Source of the DNA: Candidatus Methylacidiphilales bacterium
GTDB taxonomy: Bacteria > Verrucomicrobiota > Verrucomicrobiia > Methylacidiphilales > JAAUTS01
Direction of reading: 5' to 3'
Length of the DNA stretch: 64,000 nt
Assembly (NCBI GenBank): GCA_028713655.1
Contig: JAQTNW010000001.1
Coordinates: 68,465 to 132,464, forward strand
Shown here: in pieces, positions 45,537 through 54,273 of the stretch
Position numbering within the stretch: position 1 is the stretch's first letter
Layout of the letters: every line of letters starts with the position of its first letter
Program-made: the position numbers and the translations under genes
Notes under the pieces: model-generated
Seen by the model: the letters and a program-made list of their open reading frames with translations, nothing else
What the model was told of the DNA's origin: nothing
Databases searched by the model: none

Positions 45537-46354
45537 AGCATGTGCTTGGTGTATAGAGTGATTGCCCAAAGTGCCGCACAAAGTGCCGCACAAAGTACAA
45601 ACCCCGAGCCAAATCCTATGAGTGCCCATTTCCAGTCTTTAGCTTTGTCTCTTTTATACAGTATCTCAATCGTGATCCGGGCTTCGTGAAGTTGTTCGCT
45701 CAGTGCTACATTTTCGTTCTCCAAATGGTTAATCCTACTGTCCTTCTGTTTGTCTGACTTCTGTAGGTCTTTGATCTTTTTCTTGTCCTGCACTCCTTCC
45801 GCTTCCATTTTTGCCCAATCCTTAGTGGGTATTTTATCGTAATCGGGGTAGTCCTCATAGGATTCCTCTGAAAGCTTCCTGCGAATAACGCCGACAAGAA
45901 TGAACGGCACACGGCTGGATTTAATAGCCTGACCAATAAGCCAAGCGGTCTCTTTGGTGCTAGCCTTCTCCGTGAGCTTGAGTTCAACTGTTTCCCACGA
46001 ATCGGTCTCGCAGTAGTGAAAAACAACGGCCGCATATCCGCCTGCTTCAGTCGGTCGTAGGTTACGAATTCGGCCAGAATCAAAATGTTCCCTGCGGCCT
46101 GCTGACAACCAAATTCCAGGGCTGCTTTTGCTTTCAATTTTAAACCCTTTGGACTCCAGTTCCGTTTGATCTTCAGGGGTTAAAGATCCATTCGATAGAT
46201 TACGCTGCAAAGCAAGAGGAGGAGTCGGTGGATTTCTTAAAATGCGCTCCATTCGTTCCGCCAAACTCTCTAGCTTTTTCGGTGCTTCATTCTTTGGATT
46301 TTCTGGGGGGTTGGGTTCTGATGAATCAGGGTCTTCGGGGTCGAAACCAATCAT
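45533..46354 (-). CDS. hypothetical protein (coiled-coil, C-terminal TM anchor)
   Basis: 273-aa ORF with a K/E-rich coiled-coil-like segment and terminal hydrophobic helix WALIGFGSGFVLCAALCAALWAI. 4-nt overlap with the upstream ORF. Confidence 0.5.
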   Translation of the reverse strand: MIGFDPEDPDSSEPNPPENPKNEAPKKLESLAERMERILRNPPTPPLALQRNLSNGSLTPEDQTELESKGFKIESKSSPGIWLSAGRREHFDSGRIRNLRPTEAGGYAAVVFHYCETDSWETVELKLTEKASTKETAWLIGQAIKSSRVPFILVGVIRRKLSEESYEDYPDYDKIPTKDWAKMEAEGVQDKKKIKDLQKSDKQKDSRINHLENENVALSEQLHEARITIEILYKRDKAKDWKWALIGFGSGFVLCAALCAALWAITLYTKHML

Positions 46355-46554
46355 ACATTTTCCTCCGTTTTTCTGGTGTATTTTTTTCTGCTTTTTCCGT
46401 CCAGTGCTTCCACAAAGGACATTAACTCTGTCTTGTCTTCATCCAGAACTTTTGTGGCTCTGGTTCGTGCCAATTCCAAGGCCTTCGGGGGTGGGTTAGT
46501 GATCCCGATAGCCTTGAAACGCTCCTCAAGATCAATTATATAGTTTGGGTTCAT
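46351..46554 (-). CDS. hypothetical small protein
   Basis: 67-aa ORF translationally coupled (ATGA) to the downstream gene. No motif recognised. Confidence 0.4.
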   Translation of the reverse strand: MNPNYIIDLEERFKAIGITNPPPKALELARTRATKVLDEDKTELMSFVEALDGKSRKKYTRKTEENV

Positions 46555-46576
46555 TGTGTTGTCCTTTTTGGTTTAT

Positions 46577-46900
46577 TTATGGAAAAAATGGGTTTGCGCA
46601 CCATGCGGCATACGCTTTCCTGTTATCATCATCCCAGTGGCAAACGGCATAAGTGCTATCGAATGGCCACTTCCGAAGGCACCAAACATGAAGCAAGAAC
46701 TGCCCAACAAGCTGTTCGCCGCTACTCCAGTTGGGCATTCTGGAATTGATGTCGCTAGGGCTGAAGCGCTGTTTAGAAAAAACCAGATGCAACTTCGACC
46801 GGAAACAAGGGAATGTACACGCGAGGCGGTACAAATTCGCTGTCGGCGGGTCAAAGTTAACAGGTGGATGAGTTGGAGATACGGTAGATTTATAGTTCAT
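46577..46900 (-). CDS. hypothetical protein
   Basis: 107-aa ORF. Its start overlaps the upstream stop by 4 nt (46897-46900), which favours this frame over the competing 93-aa ORF. Confidence 0.35.
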   Translation of the reverse strand: MNYKSTVSPTHPPVNFDPPTANLYRLACTFPCFRSKLHLVFSKQRFSPSDINSRMPNWSSGEQLVGQFLLHVWCLRKWPFDSTYAVCHWDDDNRKAYAAWCANPFFP

Positions 46901-47370
46901 GGGTTCTTTTTAGTTGGATTTCCGCCTCCCGCACTTCCGCTGGGAAGGCGTCTTTTTTTAAGATGCGAAATTTCAGACGGTAGGGGCGGAGGTAGTTCGC
47001 CTCTGACAAAGATCCTCTGTAATGCCCGTTCAGCAGAATCGGTCCAAATAAGCGTTTCCCGTCCGGGGCCACCAATGCGGTAAAATTCAAGCCAGCCAGT
47101 CTCAGTTTTAGAAACTCTTAGCAGCCGGTCTATTAATTTTGATTGCCCACCTGAAGCAAGTTTTAATGTGCGAACTGTGGTCACGAAGGGGCGCACTCCC
47201 TCAACAAGTAAACTTGGGAGACTGGCCCGGCTACTTATTTTACCACATGGCCGTGAAGTATAATTGTGGATCGAGTCAGGACTGACTTCGTCACAAATAC
47301 CTGAGGTCCCAACCGTCACAGACGACTGAGTTGCACTGCCTAAAGTGGGTGCTTTTAGTGGCGTCTGCAT
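46897..47370 (-). CDS. hypothetical protein (first gene of the Mob-proximal operon)
   Basis: 157-aa ORF preceded by a 10-bp-stem hairpin (47373-47396). No confident domain. Confidence 0.4.
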   Translation of the reverse strand: MQTPLKAPTLGSATQSSVTVGTSGICDEVSPDSIHNYTSRPCGKISSRASLPSLLVEGVRPFVTTVRTLKLASGGQSKLIDRLLRVSKTETGWLEFYRIGGPGRETLIWTDSAERALQRIFVRGELPPPLPSEISHLKKRRLPSGSAGGGNPTKKNP

Positions 47371-47667
47371 GACCGCTTCAGCCCTTGCTGAAGCGGAGTG
47401 GACTGGTTACCACTCGTGCTTCCATCCGGTTCCTGCGCGGACCATAGCAGGCAATTAATGTCCTTTAGTAACCCCAACAACAGCATCTTACGCTACAATG
47501 AAATCAAAGTCAAATCGTCCAAGGTGGTAAACAATGCAAAATCTGGACAATTTTCTGGACAAAAATAACAGCTTTGCCAAACGTTGCTTAACTTTGCCAA
47601 TGAAAATCTGTCAGGCAGAGAAATACCCCTAAGAATCTCAAAACAAGATACTTAGGGGTATTTAAAG

Positions 47668-47744
47668 TGGTTGCGGGGGCAGGATTTGAACCTGCGGCCT
47701 TCAGGTTATGAGCCTGACGAGCTACCTGGCTGCTCCACCCCGCG
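47668..47744 (-). tRNA. tRNA-Met (anticodon CAT), initiator-like, with encoded CCA
   Basis: Cloverleaf: CGCGGGG TG GAGC AGCCAGGTA GCTC G TCAGG CTCATAA CCTGA AGGCC GCAGG TTCAAAT CCTGC CCCCGCA A CCA. The C1:A72 mismatch is characteristic of bacterial initiator tRNA, and the sequence is very close to the E. coli tRNA-fMet layout. Confidence 0.9.
47671..47717. repeat. attR-like 47-bp repeat inside tRNA-Met
   Basis: Partner of 20445-20491. Covers the tRNA from the anticodon arm to position 73. Confidence 0.85.
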
Positions 47745-47828
47745 ATTGAGGAAATGTAAGGATAGTGATTCGGCCGGTGTTGTCAACCTCTTGCTCGAAG
47801 CGAAGCACGGCTTTCGCCGGGGAGGGGC

Positions 47829-48953
47829 TTATTTCAGGCGGCCTCGCCCTCCCGATTTCAACTTCTCGAACTCCTCAAGCGCCATGCCCACCACCTGGTC
47901 CATATTGTAATAGCGGTACGTCGCAAGCCGGCCGACAAAACTGACCTTTTTCTCCGCCTCGGTTTGTAGCCGGTATTTTTCATACAGCGCCCGGGCATCG
48001 GGCGCAGGTACGGGGTAATACGGCTCCATGCCGGGCCCGAAATCTTCAGGATATTCCCGCACAATCGTCGTCACCGGCAGTTTCTGGCCGGTCGCGTGTT
48101 TCATTTCCACGATCCGTGTGAAATCGTAGTCGTTCGGATAATTCACCTGCAGCGCAGGTTGGTAATATTCCTGGGGCAGGGTTTCGGGTTCGAAACGCAG
48201 GGAGCGGTACGGCAAGACGCCGTGGCAGCAGTCGTAAAAGGCATCCACCGGCCCTGTATAAATCATGTGCCCGTATTCCACCTGCGGCAGGATTTCGCGA
48301 TAATCCGTGTTGAGGAGAATCCGGATCTTCGGATGCGCCGTCATGCGCTCAAACATCCGGGTGTATCCTTCCTTGGGCAGCGCCTGGAATTTTTCAGATA
48401 AATAACGGTCATCCCGGTTGGTGCGGATCGGAATGCGCCCGCAGACGCCGGCATCGAGCTCCCTGGGGTCGCGGCGCCATTGTTTGCGGGTGTAATTTTT
48501 GAAAAACATCTCATACAACTTCCATCCCACCTGGGAAACAATGACCTCTTCCGAATTCGCCGGACTTGATATCGGCACGCGCCACTGCGCCAGGGTTTTT
48601 TCCATTTCCTCCGTCGTGGAAGGTTTTCCCAGCAACTGCTCGAATGTGTTCAGGTTGATAGGGAACTGCCAGTAACGGCCCTGGGTCCACGACAGGATTT
48701 TGTATTCGACCGGGTGCCAGTCCGTAAACTGGCTGAGGTATTTGACGATACGGTCCGAGTTGCTGCGGAAATAATGCGGGCCGTAGGCATGGAGCAAAAC
48801 GCCTGCGCTGTCCGTGTGATCATACGCATTTCCCCCGATGTGGTTGCGCTTTTCAACGATCAGGCAGGATTTGCCTGACTGGGAAGCCAGCCGCTCGGCC
48901 AGGACAGATCCGGCAAAGCCGGCGCCCACGATCAGATAATCAAATTTATTCAC
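47829..48953 (-). CDS. glf: UDP-galactopyranose mutase
   Basis: 374 aa. FAD motif YLIVGAGFAGSVLAERLA, VEKRNHIGGNAYD and GPHYFRSN are typical of Glf. Confidence 0.85.
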   Translation of the reverse strand: MNKFDYLIVGAGFAGSVLAERLASQSGKSCLIVEKRNHIGGNAYDHTDSAGVLLHAYGPHYFRSNSDRIVKYLSQFTDWHPVEYKILSWTQGRYWQFPINLNTFEQLLGKPSTTEEMEKTLAQWRVPISSPANSEEVIVSQVGWKLYEMFFKNYTRKQWRRDPRELDAGVCGRIPIRTNRDDRYLSEKFQALPKEGYTRMFERMTAHPKIRILLNTDYREILPQVEYGHMIYTGPVDAFYDCCHGVLPYRSLRFEPETLPQEYYQPALQVNYPNDYDFTRIVEMKHATGQKLPVTTIVREYPEDFGPGMEPYYPVPAPDARALYEKYRLQTEAEKKVSFVGRLATYRYYNMDQVVGMALEEFEKLKSGGRGRLK

Positions 48954-49000
48954 GTATTCCTCAAACCGCGTTTATACCTGCCTGCCGGTTGATTCCAAGC

Positions 49001-49153
49001 TCCGCCTGAATGAGAATTATTTTGAATTGGAACTGCCTTATCTTGAGTCGGTTTTGCAAGAGCCTGCTTATCCCCGGCGTTTTACTTCCCGCCAACGGGT
49101 GAAAATATCTGAGGGGAAATTTTCGTGACGCGCGTGAGATAGGCAGGCTGGGG
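49001..49153 (+). repeat. dispersed hairpin repeat family A copy
   Basis: tccgcctgaatgagaattattttgaattggaactgccttatcttgagtcggttttgcaagagcctgcttatcccc...gagataggcaggctgggg aligns with 1020-1175. Confidence 0.75.
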
Positions 49154-49207
49154 TCTTAAATTCAGTTTCACATTTGTAATCGGGCCGGTTACGCTTTCGC
49201 AACAGTT

Positions 49208-51154
49208 ATGGAGGACGATGCTCTTATTCAGGACTCTGCCCACAAAACGTCGCTTTTGACGCGTTTTTTGTCGATTGCGACTATCATCCTGGCCGGAATC
49301 CTGGCCTCAGCCACGACACTGGTATGGGGAGGCATGTCTCATGATTTTGCCGTCTGGCTTTTTCCATTGGGCGCGCTGCTCTGGCTGCTGATTGTGGTGG
49401 CCGTTATCCGCAATATCAGGCGCAAGGCCCTAACGGGAAGCTGGCTTGAAATCGTAGTGATGGCTTGGCTGGCCTATGCCGTTTTTTCGCATTACCGGAC
49501 CCCGGCGGAGTATCCGGCCCGTTTTGAACTGCTCTGGATTTTCACATATGCGGCGGTTTTTATCGCCGTGCGCAATGTGGTCCACAACCAGAAATGGTAT
49601 ATTGGATTGCTGGCTCTGTTGATTGTGGCGGCAACAGTATCCTGCATTTACGGCCTCGGTAACAAAGGCGATGCCCAATATCTCATCTGGGACCAACCCC
49701 GTCCGGACTATGGGCAGAGAATTTCAGGAACGTTCGGCTGTCCGAATCATTTCGGCAATCTCATGGCCATGACGGGATTTGCCATACTGGGGCTTTGTTT
49801 CTACAGCCGGGTCAACTGGCCTGCCCGCATTTTCTTTCTTTATCTTTTTGCGATGCTTACGGCAGGAATTTATTTCTCCTATTCACGCGGTTCCTATATC
49901 GGCTGGACAACCGGGCTCTTCGTGACGTTTCTGCTCGCGTCCAAGGATCCGCAAAAGCCTTTGCGATTGAAACTGGCGGCCTTTGCCGTTCTGATCCTTG
50001 TATTGGGGGGCTGCGTTTTCGCCGTGATAAAAAATGATTTTGCGCTTTCCCGCATCCATCAAACATTGAGCGGGGATGTCCGGGTGCTGCTTGCCCAGGA
50101 TGCCATCCGGATATGGCTTAACAACAAACTGCTCGGCAGCGGCATGGCCACCTTTGACTTTGTCCATCAACGCATCCACCCGGTCAATTTCAGCGGGCGC
50201 GCGGTTTACACGCACGATGATTATCTCAACCTGCTGGCGGATTACGGCCTTGTGGGATTTGTCCTGGTTTTTGCCTTCATGGCCCTGCTGGCCTGGCGTC
50301 TCTGGCATAAACAAGCACAGTCCGACGGCACGGAACTCGAGCAGGTACTGGCACGCATCGGCTGCACGGTGCTGGCCATCATGGCCGTTCATTCTTTCGT
50401 TGATTTCAACTTTCACGTCCCGGCCTGCGCGCTGGCTTTTTTTATTTTGACAGCCTGCGGCGGCTTCCAGTTGCGGCGTAAAAGCATCCGTTCTTTTGCC
50501 GGCCAGATCCCCAACTTCGCCCTACTGGGCGCCGGCGCGGCTTCCGCAGCCCTCATGCTCTATCTGACGCTTAAAACCTCCAATGGAATGGGTTTTTTCA
50601 ACCAGTCCGACAGCAGCATCATGGATATGAGCGTGGAAGATATCACAACCGCAGCCGATCAGCTTTATGATGCGGATCCCAATGCCACGGAATTGCTGGA
50701 AAAAGCGGGCGATGCTTTCAGGGTCAAAGCGGCAAATTTCAACCCCAGCATCAGCCAGGCCCGACAAGAGGGGGACAAGCCGGGCATCGAATCCTTCATC
50801 CGCGAGCGTGAACGGATTGGGTTGTTGGCGTTGAAATATTATGCCTTGGCAGGCGATTCCAATCCCCTCTATGACAACCTGCTCATCAAGCAGGGCATGA
50901 CGCTGGATGTTTTGCAGCGCTACGATGAAGCCTATCTTTTTTACGCCAAGGCCATCCAAAACCAGCCTTATAATGTCTTTTTCAAATATCACTACGGCTT
51001 CCATCTGGTGGCGGCGCAAGAATATGACCTCGCGCGACAGCAATTTGAAGCCGCCCTTCAAGTCAGCGTTCTAAAAGATACCGACAAGCAAATCCGCGCT
51101 CTGGCCCGACAGGCCCTGCAATCTTTGCCCAAGCCGGGCGCGCCCGCGCCGTAA
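49208..51154 (+). CDS. O-antigen ligase (Wzy_C)-like polytopic membrane protein with a C-terminal TPR-like region
   Basis: 648 aa with 10 or more TM helices, an FSYSRGSYIG-type loop and an HDDYLNLLADYG motif seen in O-antigen ligase/polymerase families. Helical-repeat C-terminus. Confidence 0.7.
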   Translation: MEDDALIQDSAHKTSLLTRFLSIATIILAGILASATTLVWGGMSHDFAVWLFPLGALLWLLIVVAVIRNIRRKALTGSWLEIVVMAWLAYAVFSHYRTPAEYPARFELLWIFTYAAVFIAVRNVVHNQKWYIGLLALLIVAATVSCIYGLGNKGDAQYLIWDQPRPDYGQRISGTFGCPNHFGNLMAMTGFAILGLCFYSRVNWPARIFFLYLFAMLTAGIYFSYSRGSYIGWTTGLFVTFLLASKDPQKPLRLKLAAFAVLILVLGGCVFAVIKNDFALSRIHQTLSGDVRVLLAQDAIRIWLNNKLLGSGMATFDFVHQRIHPVNFSGRAVYTHDDYLNLLADYGLVGFVLVFAFMALLAWRLWHKQAQSDGTELEQVLARIGCTVLAIMAVHSFVDFNFHVPACALAFFILTACGGFQLRRKSIRSFAGQIPNFALLGAGAASAALMLYLTLKTSNGMGFFNQSDSSIMDMSVEDITTAADQLYDADPNATELLEKAGDAFRVKAANFNPSISQARQEGDKPGIESFIRERERIGLLALKYYALAGDSNPLYDNLLIKQGMTLDVLQRYDEAYLFYAKAIQNQPYNVFFKYHYGFHLVAAQEYDLARQQFEAALQVSVLKDTDKQIRALARQALQSLPKPGAPAP

Positions 51155-51270
51155 GCGGCTTTGTTGTTCAATCCCCCGAGCCGATCAAAAGGATTGCCAG
51201 ACGGGCCGGTACCGTCATTTAATGAACCTTTGACAACAGCAAATAAAACGGCAAAACACACACCCAAAGT

Positions 51271-52437
51271 ATGAGCGAAACAAAAGCTGCGGCCCCCGCC
51301 TATAATAAAAACAATCCATTTCTGGCAAAGATCACGGACAACTTCCTGCTAACCAAGGACGGCTCTGAAAAAGAGACCCGGCATCTTGTTGTCAATATCT
51401 CCGGCAGCAATCTCCAATATCAGCCGGGATATTCCCTCGGGGTTTTTCCGAAAAATCCTCCCAGCCTGGCTGCCGAAATTCTGGAAAGGCTCCACCTGGA
51501 TCCCTCCCATCCCGTGCCGCAAAAGGACGGCAGCACGAAACCCCTCCTGCAAACTCTGATGGAAGACCACACCCTGAACCGTGCCGGCAAGAAATTTGTG
51601 CGGGCCGTGGCGGAAAAAATCCAGGCGGGAGCGGCAAAGGACGGGCTTTCGGCTCTTGTGGCCAATGAGGAGGAGCTTGAAACCTATGTCCACACGCGGG
51701 ATTACATCGACATCCTGAATGAATTTCCTGAAGTGCGTTTCACCGCGGAAGAACTGCTTGAAAACATCGGGCGCCTGGTGCCGCGCCTGTATTCCATCGC
51801 CTCCAGCCAGGCCAAACATCCCGATGAAATCCATCTCACGGTCGCGATTGTCCGCTACACCACGCATCACCGGGAAAAGAAGGGCCTCTGTTCCGGTTTT
51901 CTGGCCGATCATACCGAACTCAACCTGGGCAACCTGCCGGTCTTTCTTGCCCCTAACAAGCATTTCAAGCTGCCGGACGACAAACAAACCCCGATCATCA
52001 TGGTCGGACCCGGCACCGGCATCGCCCCCTTCCGGGCCTTCCTCGAGCAGCGCGAGGCCGAGGGCGCAACCGGCCGGAATTGGCTGTTTTTCGGGGACCA
52101 GCGCAAGGCCTCAGACTTTCTGTACGAGGACGAATTTAATAACTGGCTCAGGAAGGGGCTGCTCACGCGGTTTGACACCGCCTTTTCACGCGACCAGGCC
52201 CACAAGGTTTATGTCCAGGATCGCATGCGCGAAAACGGCGCCGAGCTGTGGAAATGGCTGCAGGAAGGCGCGTATCTTTATGTTTGCGGCGACGCCAAAC
52301 GCATGGCCAAGGACGTGCACGAAACCCTCATTCAAATCGCATCACAGCACGGCGAACTCGCCTACGAAAAGGCGGAGGAATATATAGGCAAGACGCTGAT
52401 GAAGGACGAAAAGCGTTACCTGCGGGACGTTTATTAA
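51271..52437 (+). CDS. FAD/NADPH-binding oxidoreductase (sulfite reductase flavoprotein CysJ C-terminal-like / FNR family)
   Basis: 388 aa. Motifs RLYSIASS, GPGTGIAPFRAF and YVCGDAKRMAKDV, ending in YLRDVY. Confidence 0.8.
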   Translation: MSETKAAAPAYNKNNPFLAKITDNFLLTKDGSEKETRHLVVNISGSNLQYQPGYSLGVFPKNPPSLAAEILERLHLDPSHPVPQKDGSTKPLLQTLMEDHTLNRAGKKFVRAVAEKIQAGAAKDGLSALVANEEELETYVHTRDYIDILNEFPEVRFTAEELLENIGRLVPRLYSIASSQAKHPDEIHLTVAIVRYTTHHREKKGLCSGFLADHTELNLGNLPVFLAPNKHFKLPDDKQTPIIMVGPGTGIAPFRAFLEQREAEGATGRNWLFFGDQRKASDFLYEDEFNNWLRKGLLTRFDTAFSRDQAHKVYVQDRMRENGAELWKWLQEGAYLYVCGDAKRMAKDVHETLIQIASQHGELAYEKAEEYIGKTLMKDEKRYLRDVY

Positions 52438-52543
52438 AAAGGTGATTGTACCCTCAAGCGCATCGCAAAAAAATCATGAGATAATCATGCAAGTTCACGG
52501 TTTGACTCGTCGGCCATTCGTGCCTTAAACTATCGCGCATTCC

Positions 52544-54009
52544 ATGGCCCGACGTCGATTCACAAGCAGAGCATCCTCAGGCAGCCGCCCCCGCGGCAGG
52601 CAGCCGGCATTTTGGATCTTCATGACGGTGGTTTCCCTGCTCTTCGCGGGAGGCTGTTTGTATATGCTGTTCCAGGAAACAAACAAACCGTCCCGATCCA
52701 CCAGTTTAAAAACCAGGGTGCAGGAACTGGCCCAGAAAAATCCGGAAGCGGAAGCGCTCCAGCCCGACAACGAAACTCCCAAGGTAAAAAAAAAGCCCTG
52801 ACCCAGGCGCCGAAGCCGCCGAGTCCCAAGCCCTCCCTTCCATCTGTGCCGGATGAAAAAAAATCCGCCACCGTTTCTGCCGCAGTGACGCCGGAAACTC
52901 CAGCCGCAGCACCTGCGGTTGCGGCGCCAATCATTCCTTCCGCAGCTCCCGTAACCGCTTCAGCGGCGCCTCCGGTTCTCCCGCTGCCTCCCACTCCACC
53001 CGAGGCCCAACCTCAAACTCATGCCCCGGCCCCGGAGCCGCCACCTTCAACTTCCACTCCCGCGCCTCCTGAAAAATTCGGGATTCTGCCTGAAGCGCAG
53101 GCGCCGCAACTCTCGAACGAGCCTCCCAAACGCGCCGAACTTGTTGAAGCGCCTGAGCCCAAAACCGAAATGGACTACGCCGGGTGGCAGGTGCAACTCG
53201 AACGCAATCATTTTTGTTGCGGTACCATCGACGGCGATTTCGGCATGCGCAGCAAACGGGCTGTCACCCAATTCCAAAAAAACCGGGGCTTGCCGCCGAC
53301 CGGTATCTTGGATGAGACGACACGCGCCGCGATCGGAATGCCTGGCAATCCGTTTACCACCTATGTGGTGACTGACGCGGATATTGCGATGATCCAGCCC
53401 GCCCCGGCGCTTTGGCGGGACAAGGCAAAGGCAACCTATCTCGGCTACAAAGACGCATGGGACATGCTTGCCGAAAAATTCCATTCCAGTCCGCAGTTTA
53501 TCCAAACATTGAATCCCGGCGTCACGTCGGTGGTTTCCGGCGCCACCCTGACGGTTCCGAATCTGGAGCCCAATGTACCGCTGCCCAAGGCTGGAAAGAT
53601 CACCATACTCCTCAGCGAAACCACCCTGCTTGTTTATGACAAGACTGGAAAGGTGATCGCCTGTTTTCCGTGCTCAATCGCCGCGGACAAAAACAAGCGG
53701 CCCAACGGGCAGCTGACGGTTGTCACCGGCGCCTTGAACCCAAATTATACTTTCAATCCCGATGTGTTGAAAGAGGCTGCCGCGAGGGAGGGGATCACGA
53801 ACAGGATGATCATCCCGCCCGGTCCGAGAAATCCTGTCGGGCTGGCCTGGATCACGCTTTCGCTGCCGGGCTACGGAATCCACGGTACGCCCGATCCCAT
53901 GGACATCTCGCGAACCGGCTCACACGGCTGCTTCCGCCTGGCCAACTGGAACGCGCTGAAACTTTTCAAGATCGTCAGCAAGGGCGTGCCGGTGGATGTG
54001 GAGGAATAG
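52544..54009 (+). CDS. L,D-transpeptidase (YkuD) with peptidoglycan-binding domain; reading frame broken at an A9 tract (frameshift, pseudogene or sequencing error)
   Basis: The TM anchor (AFWIFMTVVSLLFAGGCLYML) is encoded in ORF 52544..52801. The Pro-rich linker, PG_binding_1-like DGDFGMRSKRAVTQFQKNRGLPPTG, and the YkuD catalytic site GIHGTPDP...SHGCFRL lie in the -1 frame (track ORF 52612..54009). The frames meet at A9 (52786-52794). Confidence 0.7.
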
Positions 54010-54273
54010 GCTGGGGCAAACGGCCCAGCACATTTCTCGCGCAAAGTACGCCATGGACGCAAAGGAAGAAAAAACAGGTTAGGGTTAGTTCAAGCCGTGT
54101 CTATCCCCCTGAAAAGGGGGAAGACAAGGGGGTTTGGCGGCAAGAGTGGATCGCCACGGCCCAGAAGACCACACACCCCGAAGCGGTCGCCGCGGCGACC
54201 TTTCTGCCCCTCTTGATAGAGGGGACTGGGTCTCGCGATGACGAAGCGCGCGGCCGTTCCTGCTCGTTTGGAA

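Larger units (their letters stand above)
20445..47717. mobile_element. integrative mobilizable genomic island (about 27 kb) inserted at the 3' end of initiator-like tRNA-Met
   Basis: 47-bp direct repeats at both ends, a tyrosine integrase next to the left repeat, a relaxase plus MobC near the right end, and visibly lower G+C than the flanks (not computed). Confidence 0.8.

Noticed and set aside
46556-47083. 175-aa plus-strand ORF across the Mob-proximal region
   Set aside because: It runs antisense to two ATGA-coupled minus-strand ORFs, lacks any motif, and would be convergent with the whole operon.
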